Program-made: the position numbers and the translations under genes | Assembly (NCBI GenBank): GCA_019057385.1 | Contig: JAHQJS010000004.1 | Coordinates: 448,001 to 512,000, forward strand | Length of the DNA: 64,000 nt | Source: Candidatus Borrarchaeum weybense | GTDB lineage: Archaea; Asgardarchaeota; Sifarchaeia; Borrarchaeales; Borrarchaeaceae | Reading direction: 5' to 3' | Part shown: one piece after another, positions 28,833-39,200 of the stretch | How positions within the stretch are numbered: the first letter of the stretch is position 1 | Layout: each line of letters starts with the position of its first letter | The notes under the pieces: model-generated | Databases searched by the model: none | Told to the model about the DNA's origin: nothing | Seen by the model: only the letters and a program-made list of their open reading frames with translations

Positions 28833-30308
28833 GTGTCTCAGAGTCAAGTACCAACTCGGATCCTTATGTTTACGTCCCCAGATTGTGCTTATTGTCCTTC
28901 AGTTGAGAAACTTTTACAGCGCACAATAGGTTTTGGAAGTGTAGCATTTGCTCACGTCTCTACAATAGATATTAATGAGAATCCTGAGCTAAAGACAAGG
29001 TATAAAATTAAATCACTGCCCACTTTGATAATAAATGATGAAAAGGTTCTTAGCGGTCAGATCACCGAGGGCGAAGTTCAGAATGTGCTCTGGAACAAAT
29101 TGGTTACCACGATTTTAGAACGCGAAAAATCGTATGATATGCGAAAAGAAACTATGCTAGCAATCACAACCAATACACTTTCTTCAGCGCTCGAACTTCA
29201 ACTTGTTCGACCAAGCATTGGAGACTATACTCATATTGGAGCACTGCAGAAAACAACTTTTTCAATATTAGGGTTAGATGTTTTAGCAACACGCTTATTT
29301 TATGAAGCAGGTAAAGATTTAGGCTTATATGGTGCAGATTCTCACCTCCTCTTAAGTTTAAATCCTAAAATCGGAGCTGAAATCAGATCTATCGAAAAAC
29401 GCTTTAAGCACGTGATCGACGGGATACGTATTTTCTTTAATAGACAAACCAGTAATCTCCCCACGTATTTCAGCGATAGAGTTGATATAGTTAGCCTAGA
29501 GGATGATGAAGCCGTGATCCGTGTCTATGAAACTGCATCTTCTACACAAGCTATGGACATTGGTGAACCTCTTTGTCATTTCACTGCTGGCGAAATGGCT
29601 GGCATGATCGAAGCGTTACTTGCAGAAAGTGTTACAGTTCGAGAAACGGCATGTTGGGGTACTGGAAACCCATATTGCGAGTTTTACATAAAACTTGCTG
29701 GAGAAAAAGAGAAGCCTTATCCTTTACCAAAAAAACGAAAAGATAGACCTGAAAGATTTAAGCAACTGATTGATCGCTCAATGCGTCTTGCTTATGATTC
29801 TATCTTCATGAAAAGAAAAATGCGTCCAAATACAGGAGATTACCTGCACCTTGGGGTGCTCCAACAACAACTTACATCACTTAAACTCTCTGATCCGTTT
29901 ACAGGAAGTTTACTTTACGCAGCAGGACACCAACAAGGTTTAAATAGCCCTGAAATTGAATTTATTAACCGAATTAAAAATAAATCTGCTGAAATTGGAG
30001 ATATGGAGTTCTTAGAGGCTTTGAAAGTCTTACGAAACTTCTACAATCACCCAAGCTCATTTCTATCACGTGAACATGGCAAGGTTCGTTCACGAAATTT
30101 ACGAAAAGAAAGTGCTTCGCTTATAATCTATGAACTCGCTTCTGCTACTGCAACTCCAAATGCTGGGGTTAATTTTTGTGATTTCGAAACCGGTAAAATT
30201 GCTGGTCTTTTTGAACGATTAACTGGACAAAATATTGTTGCCAACGAATCAAAATGCTGGGGTTTAGGTAATAATTTTTGTGAATTTGACGTCAGCAAAG
30301 TGGACTGA
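28833..30308 (+). CDS. Thioredoxin-like domain fused to two V4R domains
   Basis: CAYC thioredoxin; two 'C.F..G..AG..E.L.....E..CWG.G...CEF' repeats. Confidence 0.8.
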   Translation: MSQSQVPTRILMFTSPDCAYCPSVEKLLQRTIGFGSVAFAHVSTIDINENPELKTRYKIKSLPTLIINDEKVLSGQITEGEVQNVLWNKLVTTILEREKSYDMRKETMLAITTNTLSSALELQLVRPSIGDYTHIGALQKTTFSILGLDVLATRLFYEAGKDLGLYGADSHLLLSLNPKIGAEIRSIEKRFKHVIDGIRIFFNRQTSNLPTYFSDRVDIVSLEDDEAVIRVYETASSTQAMDIGEPLCHFTAGEMAGMIEALLAESVTVRETACWGTGNPYCEFYIKLAGEKEKPYPLPKKRKDRPERFKQLIDRSMRLAYDSIFMKRKMRPNTGDYLHLGVLQQQLTSLKLSDPFTGSLLYAAGHQQGLNSPEIEFINRIKNKSAEIGDMEFLEALKVLRNFYNHPSSFLSREHGKVRSRNLRKESASLIIYELASATATPNAGVNFCDFETGKIAGLFERLTGQNIVANESKCWGLGNNFCEFDVSKVD

Positions 30309-30450
30309 AATTCTTATCCTTTAGACAATTTTAATCCTATAGACCGTGATTTCTGATAAATACGCAACTATTTTTGATGATTAAATTCTTAAGTGCACGC
30401 CTTAATCATTTCACTATATTTCATCACAATTATCTTGTAGCTTGAGGTGA

Positions 30451-32082
30451 ATGTCATTGACAGAAGGTGAAACTAAAGATGTCTACATAAGCCCATTCAT
30501 TCAGCAAATCACTGGTGAGGTTAATTTACCACAAAAAGTCTACATTTTTGACACAACTCTCCGTGATGGAGAGCAAACTCCTGGTGTTGCACTTACAATT
30601 GAAGAAAAAATACAGATTGCATTAGCTTTGGATGAACTTGGTGTAGATGTTATCGAAGCAGGAATGCCTGTTGTAAGTTCTGGTGAAAGAGAATCCGTTA
30701 GAAGAATAAAGCAATTAGGTCTAAATGCCGAGATTGCTGGATTGGCACGTACAAGATCTTCGGATTTGGACGCGCTTCAAGAATGCGAATTAGATGTTGC
30801 ACACGTTTTCATAGCTACATCTGACTTGCATCTTCAGTATAAACTACACATGACCCAACAACAAGTTATTGAAGAGATTGTTAACTCAATAACTTATGCG
30901 CAGGAATTAGGATTTAAAGGAATTGAATATAGCGCTGAAGACGCTACTCGTACTGATCTTGACTTTCTGGTGAAAGCTTATACGACTGCCGTGTCTGCCG
31001 GTGCTGACCGAATTAATATCCCCGACACTGTCGGAACAATTATACCACGTGCTTACGGAGCCCTTACAAAAACCCTTACTGAGGCTATTAGAGCAATAAA
31101 TAAAGATGTCAGAATCAGTTTGCATTGCCATAATGATTTCGGTCTCGCTGTAGCGAATTCCCTTGCAGGAATTGAAGTCGGTGCGAATCAGGTTCACGTC
31201 ACAGTAAATGGTATCGGTGAACGGGCCGGTAACGCCTCACTTGAAGAAATTGTCATGTCCCTTTATGCGTTGTATGGAGTTCCTACGAATATTAAATTAA
31301 AACAGCTCTATAAAACGTCGAAACTGGTTGAAAAACTAACTCAAGTACCGATTTCTCCTTGCCAACCCTTCATGGGCGATAATACCTTCCGTCATGAGAG
31401 CGGCATACATGCACATGCTGCACTAGCACATCCACGAACATACGAACCTATTACCCCTGAACTCATTGGAAAACGAAAGGATAGTGAAATTGCAGTTAAA
31501 GGCGTTGTAATTGGAAAGCATTCTGGAGCGCATTCTATTCAGGAGAAACTAAAAACATTCGGCATAGAAACAACTCGCGAGCAAACAACTGAAATTCTCG
31601 AACGAATAAAAGAAATTGGGGATAAAGGAAAGCGAGTTACAGATTTCCATTTAAGAACTATAGCAGAATCTGTCACTGGAAAAATTGCTGAGCCAGTTCT
31701 TGACTTAAAGGAGTTAACTGTTGTCACAGGCTTGCATATCACACCATCAGCTACAGTAAAATTACGGATTAAGCAAAATAGTTCATTTATCGAAAAAGTA
31801 GCCTCTGATATCGGAGTTGGCCCGGTTGATGCTGCGTGTAATGCACTTCAAGCAGCGTTTAAGGATATTGTTAAAGATTTTGGCGATATTCAACTAGAAA
31901 AATTTAGTATGGATGCAATAGAAGCAGATACTGATGCTTTCGCCACAGTTCACGTTAGAGTTTCTGATGAACAGGGCTTTGTGACGGATGCAAGCGCATC
32001 AAAAGAAGACATCGTTGTAGCTAGTATTGAAGCTCTTGTCAACGGTTTTAATCGCCTCTTATATATGCGACGTGAAAGTTAA
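30451..32082 (+). CDS. leuA: 2-isopropylmalate/citramalate synthase family
   Basis: DTTLRDGEQTPG, HCHNDFG, GIGERAGN, C-terminal allosteric domain 'GVGPVDA'. Confidence 0.85.
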   Translation: MSLTEGETKDVYISPFIQQITGEVNLPQKVYIFDTTLRDGEQTPGVALTIEEKIQIALALDELGVDVIEAGMPVVSSGERESVRRIKQLGLNAEIAGLARTRSSDLDALQECELDVAHVFIATSDLHLQYKLHMTQQQVIEEIVNSITYAQELGFKGIEYSAEDATRTDLDFLVKAYTTAVSAGADRINIPDTVGTIIPRAYGALTKTLTEAIRAINKDVRISLHCHNDFGLAVANSLAGIEVGANQVHVTVNGIGERAGNASLEEIVMSLYALYGVPTNIKLKQLYKTSKLVEKLTQVPISPCQPFMGDNTFRHESGIHAHAALAHPRTYEPITPELIGKRKDSEIAVKGVVIGKHSGAHSIQEKLKTFGIETTREQTTEILERIKEIGDKGKRVTDFHLRTIAESVTGKIAEPVLDLKELTVVTGLHITPSATVKLRIKQNSSFIEKVASDIGVGPVDAACNALQAAFKDIVKDFGDIQLEKFSMDAIEADTDAFATVHVRVSDEQGFVTDASASKEDIVVASIEALVNGFNRLLYMRRES

Positions 32083-32097
32083 AAAGAAAAAATAAAG

Positions 32098-32992
32098 TTC
32101 CTTAAAAAAAGAAAAAATTGAATGGGTTTTTTGTATCTCACTTTTCTTCGGGTGGTGGCTTTTTACTAGTTTTTTTAGAACTTGCTTTAGTTTCCTTTGG
32201 TGGTACTTTTTTAAGTTCATCTTCCATTTCTGCAACGTCTTCAGCGTCCTCAGGTAACTCCTCTGGAACTTCTTCTATCGTTTCCATCGCATATTTCTCG
32301 CGTTGCTTTTTCTTTTGACGTTTGGTCCATACAAGTGGAACTACAACCATCACTACGGCTAGCCCAATCATGAAGTACAGGTTCAGTGCATAGGTGCCGG
32401 TAAGATTGAGCCATTGAGGAACGGCAACACCTATAGTAAGTCCTGCGGCTGTCGCTGCACCGGTGCCGGCTGCGGCCACACCAAAATTGAGTAACCCTGC
32501 TTCGGTTAAGACCGTCATGACATCGGCGGCTTCCCCTTGTCCTGTGCCTAGGGCTGATGCCAGTTTTGAGACCACGTTTTTCTTTGCTTCCGCGAGGATG
32601 CCAATCGCTTTCGTACTGGATGATTTCAGCGCGTTGCGATATTCACGTATGAGGTCCGCTGTGAGTAATCCACACCCAGGGCATACCTCAGGTGCTGACC
32701 ACTTTGCCGCACATTTCGGACAATTTGCCATGCGCCGGACTTTATTCTTAATTGCTCGTGCGAGCTTTGATAGAATCCTATTTCTCGCTTCTGAGGACAA
32801 TTTACCTGCTGCAAAGTTCTGCAAACTGCCTGTTGCACCAAATAGTGATCCCGGACCCAGTGAAGCGGCTGAGGGTACACCACTCATAAATGAGGGAAAT
32901 ACTCCTCCTAGCTGTAATCCTGTAGCAACTACAGCCACACCCGCAACTGCTGTCACACCGACGGTTGCCTGTCCTGCGGGAGTACTTAACTG
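32098..32992. repeat. 895-bp direct repeat, copy 1 (copy 2 at 33899-34793)
   Basis: Identical by eye at offset 1801; shadow ORFs in the ORF track are identical. Confidence 0.9.
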
Positions 32993-33661
32993 TTTACTTA
33001 GTTTGTCAGTAGCTGAAGTGTCTGTCTTTTCACCGGTTTCGGGATCTATAGTATACCAGTCCTGCACATTGACATCAACCGCCATCTCTGCGACTTCTTC
33101 TTCTACTGCCTGCATTGTAGACATTTGTTCGGCTTGGGCACTAGCACTCGGTGGAGAACCTCCAACTGCATATGTGATGTAAACCGTTATTTCAAGGAAA
33201 CCTGTGTAAATCGGATCCGGTACACTGTATCCTGCAGCTTCAGCTTCAGCTACCACATCTAGAGTTTGATCGTATACAACTGTATCAGGAGTGTTGGCTG
33301 GAAATGTTTGATCGACGATATAATTACCTTCTGCTGGATATCGGTAAATCGATCCTAATCCTGACACGAGTTCTACGGTCGCATAAAAGTCCTGTACATA
33401 GACGGCTTGTGGTCCAGTTCCTGCTACTATCCTGATGTTTAGTGGTTCAAGTCTGCCCTCATCCGTTATGTCGAGTCTAAATTCACCAGCGGTTACACCT
33501 GTCCCTGCAACTAGTTCATCGTTAAAGTAGAGATAATATCTGAAAGGTGGTACAGTTGTATCCTGAGACGCTGCTGGTGTCGTAGCAACTAAGAGAAGCA
33601 TTAATCCTAGAAATCCGAAGAATAAATAGCGTGATATTACACCTCTATTTCGTTTTGACAT
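32138..33661 (-). CDS. Signal-peptide membrane protein, paralog A (ectodomain + TM + Zn ribbon + TMs + charged tail)
   Basis: N-terminal signal peptide, CPKC..CPGC, hydrophobic segments. Confidence 0.7.
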   Translation of the reverse strand: MSKRNRGVISRYLFFGFLGLMLLLVATTPAASQDTTVPPFRYYLYFNDELVAGTGVTAGEFRLDITDEGRLEPLNIRIVAGTGPQAVYVQDFYATVELVSGLGSIYRYPAEGNYIVDQTFPANTPDTVVYDQTLDVVAEAEAAGYSVPDPIYTGFLEITVYITYAVGGSPPSASAQAEQMSTMQAVEEEVAEMAVDVNVQDWYTIDPETGEKTDTSATDKLSKQLSTPAGQATVGVTAVAGVAVVATGLQLGGVFPSFMSGVPSAASLGPGSLFGATGSLQNFAAGKLSSEARNRILSKLARAIKNKVRRMANCPKCAAKWSAPEVCPGCGLLTADLIREYRNALKSSSTKAIGILAEAKKNVVSKLASALGTGQGEAADVMTVLTEAGLLNFGVAAAGTGAATAAGLTIGVAVPQWLNLTGTYALNLYFMIGLAVVMVVVPLVWTKRQKKKQREKYAMETIEEVPEELPEDAEDVAEMEDELKKVPPKETKASSKKTSKKPPPEEK

Positions 33662-33898
33662 AGGACATCTCCTTTTTCTAGTATTACTTATTTCTTTGAT
33701 AGTCTTCTTACCTTTATTTCTTTTTCTTCTTTGTAAAAAAGTGTTTAGTATTGTATATTTTTAGGAAAGCAATAAGGGGTTTTGTTGCTTATACTTGCAT
33801 ATTGAAAGAAGATGTCGTGACAAAAAGTATTGAAGCCCTTATCAATCTCAATCGCTTGTCGTCAAGCTACGAGTAGAGCAAATAAAGAAAAAAGAAAA

Positions 33899-34793
33899 TT
33901 CCTTAAAAAAAGAAAAAATTGAATGGGTTTTTTGTATCTCACTTTTCTTCGGGTGGTGGCTTTTTACTAGTTTTTTTAGAACTTGCTTTAGTTTCCTTTG
34001 GTGGTACTTTTTTAAGTTCATCTTCCATTTCTGCAACGTCTTCAGCGTCCTCAGGTAACTCCTCTGGAACTTCTTCTATCGTTTCCATCGCATATTTCTC
34101 GCGTTGCTTTTTCTTTTGACGTTTGGTCCATACAAGTGGAACTACAACCATCACTACGGCTAGCCCAATCATGAAGTACAGGTTCAGTGCATAGGTGCCG
34201 GTAAGATTGAGCCATTGAGGAACGGCAACACCTATAGTAAGTCCTGCGGCTGTCGCTGCACCGGTGCCGGCTGCGGCCACACCAAAATTGAGTAACCCTG
34301 CTTCGGTTAAGACCGTCATGACATCGGCGGCTTCCCCTTGTCCTGTGCCTAGGGCTGATGCCAGTTTTGAGACCACGTTTTTCTTTGCTTCCGCGAGGAT
34401 GCCAATCGCTTTCGTACTGGATGATTTCAGCGCGTTGCGATATTCACGTATGAGGTCCGCTGTGAGTAATCCACACCCAGGGCATACCTCAGGTGCTGAC
34501 CACTTTGCCGCACATTTCGGACAATTTGCCATGCGCCGGACTTTATTCTTAATTGCTCGTGCGAGCTTTGATAGAATCCTATTTCTCGCTTCTGAGGACA
34601 ATTTACCTGCTGCAAAGTTCTGCAAACTGCCTGTTGCACCAAATAGTGATCCCGGACCCAGTGAAGCGGCTGAGGGTACACCACTCATAAATGAGGGAAA
34701 TACTCCTCCTAGCTGTAATCCTGTAGCAACTACAGCCACACCCGCAACTGCTGTCACACCGACGGTTGCCTGTCCTGCGGGAGTACTTAACTG
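33899..34793. repeat. 895-bp direct repeat, copy 2
   Basis: See copy 1. Confidence 0.9.
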
Positions 34794-35495
34794 GTCTCTT
34801 AATCGTTCGGTAGATGATGTATCTCTCCGTTCGCCATCTTCATATATATACCAGTCCTGGACATTCACTTGAACGTCATCTTGTGCTACTGTGTAGCCTT
34901 CTGCATCTACCTGCTGTTGCGTTTCATATCCTTCTCCAAAAGATAAGGCAGAACTGTCTAAAGTTTGGGCCGTAGCTGCTGGTGGAGGTCCTCCGACTCG
35001 ATATCTGATAAATATCGTGAGTTTAAGGAAGCCGGTGTAGATCGGATCTGGCAAGTCGTATCCCAATTCCTCAGCAGTCGCGAGTATGCGTAGGGTTTGG
35101 TCATAGATCACTGTATCGGGTGTATTTGCAGGAAGCAGTCGTTTTATAGGATAATTACCTTCTTGTGGATATCTAATTGTTACTCCTGTTCCCTCTATAA
35201 GTTCTACTGTCGCATAAAAGTCATGTACATAGACTTGTTGTGCCCCTGTTCCGGCTAAAATCTTAATGTTGACTGGCTCAAACCTGCCGTCATCTTCAAG
35301 ATCTAATTTAAACTGTTCAGCAGGAACATTTGTTCCCGCTACCAATTGATCGTTTAGATAAAGATACCATCTGACAGTTTCTGCTTGCGTTGTTTGCTGA
35401 GACATAACTGGTGTCGTGGCGAATAAAAGGAGTGCGAAGCCTATAAACCCAAAGAAGAGAACGCGAGACAATAAATCTCTATTTCGCTTTAACAT
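33939..35495 (-). CDS. Signal-peptide membrane protein, paralog B
   Basis: Same architecture; C-terminal ~284 aa identical to paralog A. Confidence 0.7.
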   Translation of the reverse strand: MLKRNRDLLSRVLFFGFIGFALLLFATTPVMSQQTTQAETVRWYLYLNDQLVAGTNVPAEQFKLDLEDDGRFEPVNIKILAGTGAQQVYVHDFYATVELIEGTGVTIRYPQEGNYPIKRLLPANTPDTVIYDQTLRILATAEELGYDLPDPIYTGFLKLTIFIRYRVGGPPPAATAQTLDSSALSFGEGYETQQQVDAEGYTVAQDDVQVNVQDWYIYEDGERRDTSSTERLRDQLSTPAGQATVGVTAVAGVAVVATGLQLGGVFPSFMSGVPSAASLGPGSLFGATGSLQNFAAGKLSSEARNRILSKLARAIKNKVRRMANCPKCAAKWSAPEVCPGCGLLTADLIREYRNALKSSSTKAIGILAEAKKNVVSKLASALGTGQGEAADVMTVLTEAGLLNFGVAAAGTGAATAAGLTIGVAVPQWLNLTGTYALNLYFMIGLAVVMVVVPLVWTKRQKKKQREKYAMETIEEVPEELPEDAEDVAEMEDELKKVPPKETKASSKKTSKKPPPEEK

Positions 35496-35796
35496 AGGAG
35501 ATCTCCTTTTTTAGTATTGATTATTTTTAAAATAGTCCGTCTTCTCACATATCTCTCTTTCTTTAGTTTTCATAAAGTGTTTGGTACAAAAAATACACAA
35601 AATTCCTATGTATTCAGCAGCTTTTATTTCCTACTTGTCGAGTGGTAGTTCACCTGACGTAAAAATACTCCTCATATAACTGATGAAAAGACAATTTACG
35701 AAAGTTATCTGCTTTTAAAAGTTAGATAATAGAATTAGCAATCATCTGAAAAACTAAAAGTCAAAAAGAAAAAAGGAAAAAAGAGAGGGAAGATTT

Positions 35797-37266
35797 TTAC
35801 TTCTTTGGGACTTCTGCAAGTGGGAATACTTTATTGACTTCTTTTACCATTGCCTTAGCTCTTTCCATACCAGGTTTCCAGTAGTCGTCTATCCACGCTC
35901 TCTGTGCAAAGTCCTCGGTGAAGGGAACCCGTTTAAATCCACCAAACCGTTCGATGACCTCTTTGATCATGTCATGTGTCTCGAAAATCGGTTTAAGGAG
36001 TTCGCCGCTGCATTTCTCAGGAACAATCGACCATTTCATGACGTTTTCGTTGGTCAATACTGGCTCATACTCTACGATTTCGTATTGCATTTCACCAGCG
36101 CCTAGCATTTCCATAGCTTTGATTTGGATTCTTGGGGAGTAGTCTTGGATCAGTTCGTAGCGGTCTTGCCCTACCTTGATGCCTTTCTCTTCTGCAACGC
36201 TCCATGGACCAATTGGAGATTGATCTACGAGGTCACAGGCACATGCATCGATTGCGACATAGTCCTTAGTTGCGAGTGTTCCAATGTCTGGTGCAACTGG
36301 CAAATCTGCCCATGGGACACAATCACACATTTGGTCGTTGTCAATCAAGTATGTTATGCAACCGACTTTTTCACGGTACTTGGTAAATTCCTTGCCTGGC
36401 TCTTGCCATGCATTTAATGTACCCATTGCCGCGTCTGCCATTGCAATTTGATTCATTGGCCAGTACTCGTCACGCCACTTTAGAGCGCTTGTCGCCATGA
36501 TGATGCAATGCCATTGACAGGTCTGACACATATAGCATTTTTCCCAGTCGATGTCAACAGTATCTGGCTGCACAGTGATAGCATCTACGGGGCAAACACG
36601 TGCACACATATCTGCTACGGGGCATCCATTTGATCCCGGACAGTTCTCTTTGATAAGAACAGGCCAGCCCATGTGATCTTCTGGTTCTCCCCACATCGCT
36701 AAGTGGCTGTTATACTTGCCTCGTTTTGATTGTGCACCGATACCTAAGTTTTTGATCGCACCACCATATGCCGTCATTGGATGTCCTTTTCCGTGCGTGG
36801 TAATTATCATACCGTCGGCTTGGGCAATTCCACGAGCGGTATATGATTCTTTGAGAATATTTCCGTTTGGTATTGGGATAATAACGTCATCTTCCCCAGC
36901 AAATCCGTCAGCAATGATTATTGGGCATCCCATTGATGCAGAAGTAAAGCCATGATACGCCGCGGATACTAGTTCAATATATGCATTAACACGGCTGCAA
37001 CAATGACTATAGGGTTGGCAGGTAGTATCTGTGACGAAGGGTCGTCCGCCCTCAAGTTTTATCATGTCAGCCATAGCCGCAACACATTCTGGTCGCAGTA
37101 CGTGGGTTCTGCCCCACTCGCCCACATGAATCTTAACTGCAGTGAAGTCGCCCTTGTCTACACATTCATCTAAGCCAGCTTCGTAGAAAAGATCTTTTGC
37201 TCTGTAGATCTTCGATTCTACCCAATTTCTTTCTCTTGCTTCGCTAAAATATACTTTTTCTGGAAT
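35797..37266 (-). CDS. DUF362 family Fe-S protein (start extended to ATT at 37266)
   Basis: Frame is open upstream of GTG 37125 giving 'PEKVYF...AVKIHVGE'; HGKGH, KNLGIG, ferredoxin cysteines, MCDC, PDIG. Confidence 0.8.
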   Translation of the reverse strand: MPEKVYFSEARERNWVESKIYRAKDLFYEAGLDECVDKGDFTAVKIHVGEWGRTHVLRPECVAAMADMIKLEGGRPFVTDTTCQPYSHCCSRVNAYIELVSAAYHGFTSASMGCPIIIADGFAGEDDVIIPIPNGNILKESYTARGIAQADGMIITTHGKGHPMTAYGGAIKNLGIGAQSKRGKYNSHLAMWGEPEDHMGWPVLIKENCPGSNGCPVADMCARVCPVDAITVQPDTVDIDWEKCYMCQTCQWHCIIMATSALKWRDEYWPMNQIAMADAAMGTLNAWQEPGKEFTKYREKVGCITYLIDNDQMCDCVPWADLPVAPDIGTLATKDYVAIDACACDLVDQSPIGPWSVAEEKGIKVGQDRYELIQDYSPRIQIKAMEMLGAGEMQYEIVEYEPVLTNENVMKWSIVPEKCSGELLKPIFETHDMIKEVIERFGGFKRVPFTEDFAQRAWIDDYWKPGMERAKAMVKEVNKVFPLAEVPKK

Positions 37267-37721
37267 ACATATTCCTCCTTGTTAGATATTGCTTACATCT
37301 ATTTTTGAGATTGCTCTCTTTTGCCAATTAGGCAAATAGAAGTAAAGTGAGTTAAGTTCGTAGCTTTGTCTTTAAAAGCATTATCAACTAATCAGTTATA
37401 ATGATAACTACACCAGTAGTTTTAATCAGATAACTTACGAGAACTATCTTTAGTAATTTATCATTAACTAGGGCAATAAATATGATATTTTCGAAGCAAT
37501 TTGGATTATAATCATGCAAAGGTTAGCTTAGATAGAAAATATGGGGTTTCTAAAATTTAAGGATCATATCTTTCTAGCTTGTCGAAGAGCATCTAAAAAT
37601 GAAATACACATGAAATAAGATAAAATTATGAAACTAGAATTATATTTTAAGTATGTCTTACTCTTTTTAATTAGATGAGTTTGCCTGAAATGATATTTAA
37701 GGTGCATACGGCCAATTCTCT

Positions 37722-37802
37722 TTAGAATGAACCAAGCGGCTGTTTTTCAGTTGCATAGAAGGGACAAATTATGCAACATCTGGTACATGTGACACATTTA
37801 TT
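37722..37802 (-). pseudogene. Relic of a 4Fe-4S ferredoxin-type domain
   Basis: Translates as NKCVTCTRCCIICPFYA; in-frame TGA immediately upstream; no start codon. Confidence 0.4.
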
Positions 37803-38371
37803 TCAATTCTGCACATATCGATTAAAATTACTTTTTGATATTGAATGGTGCTTACATAATACATAAAAGAATTTTTTAAAAAATTGTGGCATCCAATAAA
37901 TCCATTGTAACTCATACCTTTTTTTGATATCTAAGTTGTACTTTAAGAAATTAGTATGTAACCTAATGGGAGGAAGTCTAAGAAGGAGTCTTTAACGCCA
38001 AAATACGGGACGTTTAAGATTGTTAGAGCCCCCTATTTTAGTCGAAAATTACAAATTGTAATCATTGTAAACTGGTCCATTCCATTAAGTAAGTTTAACC
38101 ATGAATTAGGATTCACTTTGCAATTCTATCATTTAAAAGTAACCCGTTTTCGCCCATTTCCATTCAAGAAATATTACGCGCGCGTCAAAAAATAATACCT
38201 ATGTCGTTCCATATCCAGATATCCCTGTTAGCTATTATTTCCATCAATTTTTGAGAGTTCTCTCTTTTGATCTCTCATTTATCATGAATGTTAATGAAAT
38301 CTTCTGGTATTGTTCGGTTGAAGCGTTTTTGGTAATTAGATGACGGTTTCAAATGATAAATCTCACAAAAG

Positions 38372-39130
38372 CTACTGGTCAGCAAGTGCCGCTAGCCGTT
38401 TTGCTTCAAGAAGGATGTCGTTATAGAGTTGAGAGTCAATCTTGCGGGCCAATTTTTCTAAAGACGCATTAATTTTTCGACTAATATCATACTCCCCCTT
38501 CAAGCATTTGTTACACGCGATGTAAGGCAGAAAAGTAAATGTGTTCAAGGTTTTGATAGCATTATCTTCTTTTGGGTAGTATACAGGGGCGTTTCTCTTA
38601 ATTAAAGAGATGATTTCGTCATCGTCATTAGTATTATATTGCGTTTTTAAGGCAGTTACATAGCGCTCGGTATTTACAACAATGTGTTTGTTGTATTCTT
38701 GAATACAGTGTGAGGGATACCCTAAAATCTTGCCTATTTGGGAATTAGTCATTTTAGGTTTTAGCAGGGATGGAACTTGCTTATCATTGTAGACCCTTAA
38801 TATGATTGTAGGCTTTTTTATGGCATTCAGCTCAACAAAGAAGGAACGAACTTTGGGTGAAATATTTGTAGCCTCAAGCGAGGGTTGAATTCTTCTAAGT
38901 GTAGTGACAGAAGTGCGCAATTTAAACGTTCTAAGGATCTTTCTCATGATTTGTAGATTAGGAAGGAGGCTATCATCTTCGGGTTCGATAGATGCAACAT
39001 TTTTTTGTCCCGCTAGGACTGCACAAAGAGAAAGTTTATTATGAAGATCTTCAATTCGCAGAATACTTGTAGGGATCTCCTTGATACTATCCCACAGTTT
39101 TTTGACGTGATTTAGATCCATAGATGGCAT
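38372..39130 (-). CDS. DUF483-like hypothetical protein
   Basis: 'GKILGYPSHC' and 'FLPYIACNKC' motifs. Confidence 0.5.
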   Translation of the reverse strand: MPSMDLNHVKKLWDSIKEIPTSILRIEDLHNKLSLCAVLAGQKNVASIEPEDDSLLPNLQIMRKILRTFKLRTSVTTLRRIQPSLEATNISPKVRSFFVELNAIKKPTIILRVYNDKQVPSLLKPKMTNSQIGKILGYPSHCIQEYNKHIVVNTERYVTALKTQYNTNDDDEIISLIKRNAPVYYPKEDNAIKTLNTFTFLPYIACNKCLKGEYDISRKINASLEKLARKIDSQLYNDILLEAKRLAALADQ

Positions 39131-39200
39131 GGCAGCTTCCTTTTCCTGTGAGTGAATGAACTTAACTTTTGAAAACTCACTTTAAGCTTTAAATTTCATT

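Noticed and set aside
32463-34872. Plus-strand ORFs 32463-33182, 34264-34872, 32118-32318 and 33919-34119
   Set aside because: These are antisense shadows of the Ala/Gly-rich minus-strand genes.
32098-35495. Diversity-generating retroelement TR/VR pair
   Set aside because: The repeat is identical rather than adenine-mutated, and there is no reverse transcriptase in the window.
37803-37805. TGA before the ferredoxin motif read as selenocysteine
   Set aside because: It is not at a Cys position, and no start codon or SECIS is recognisable.
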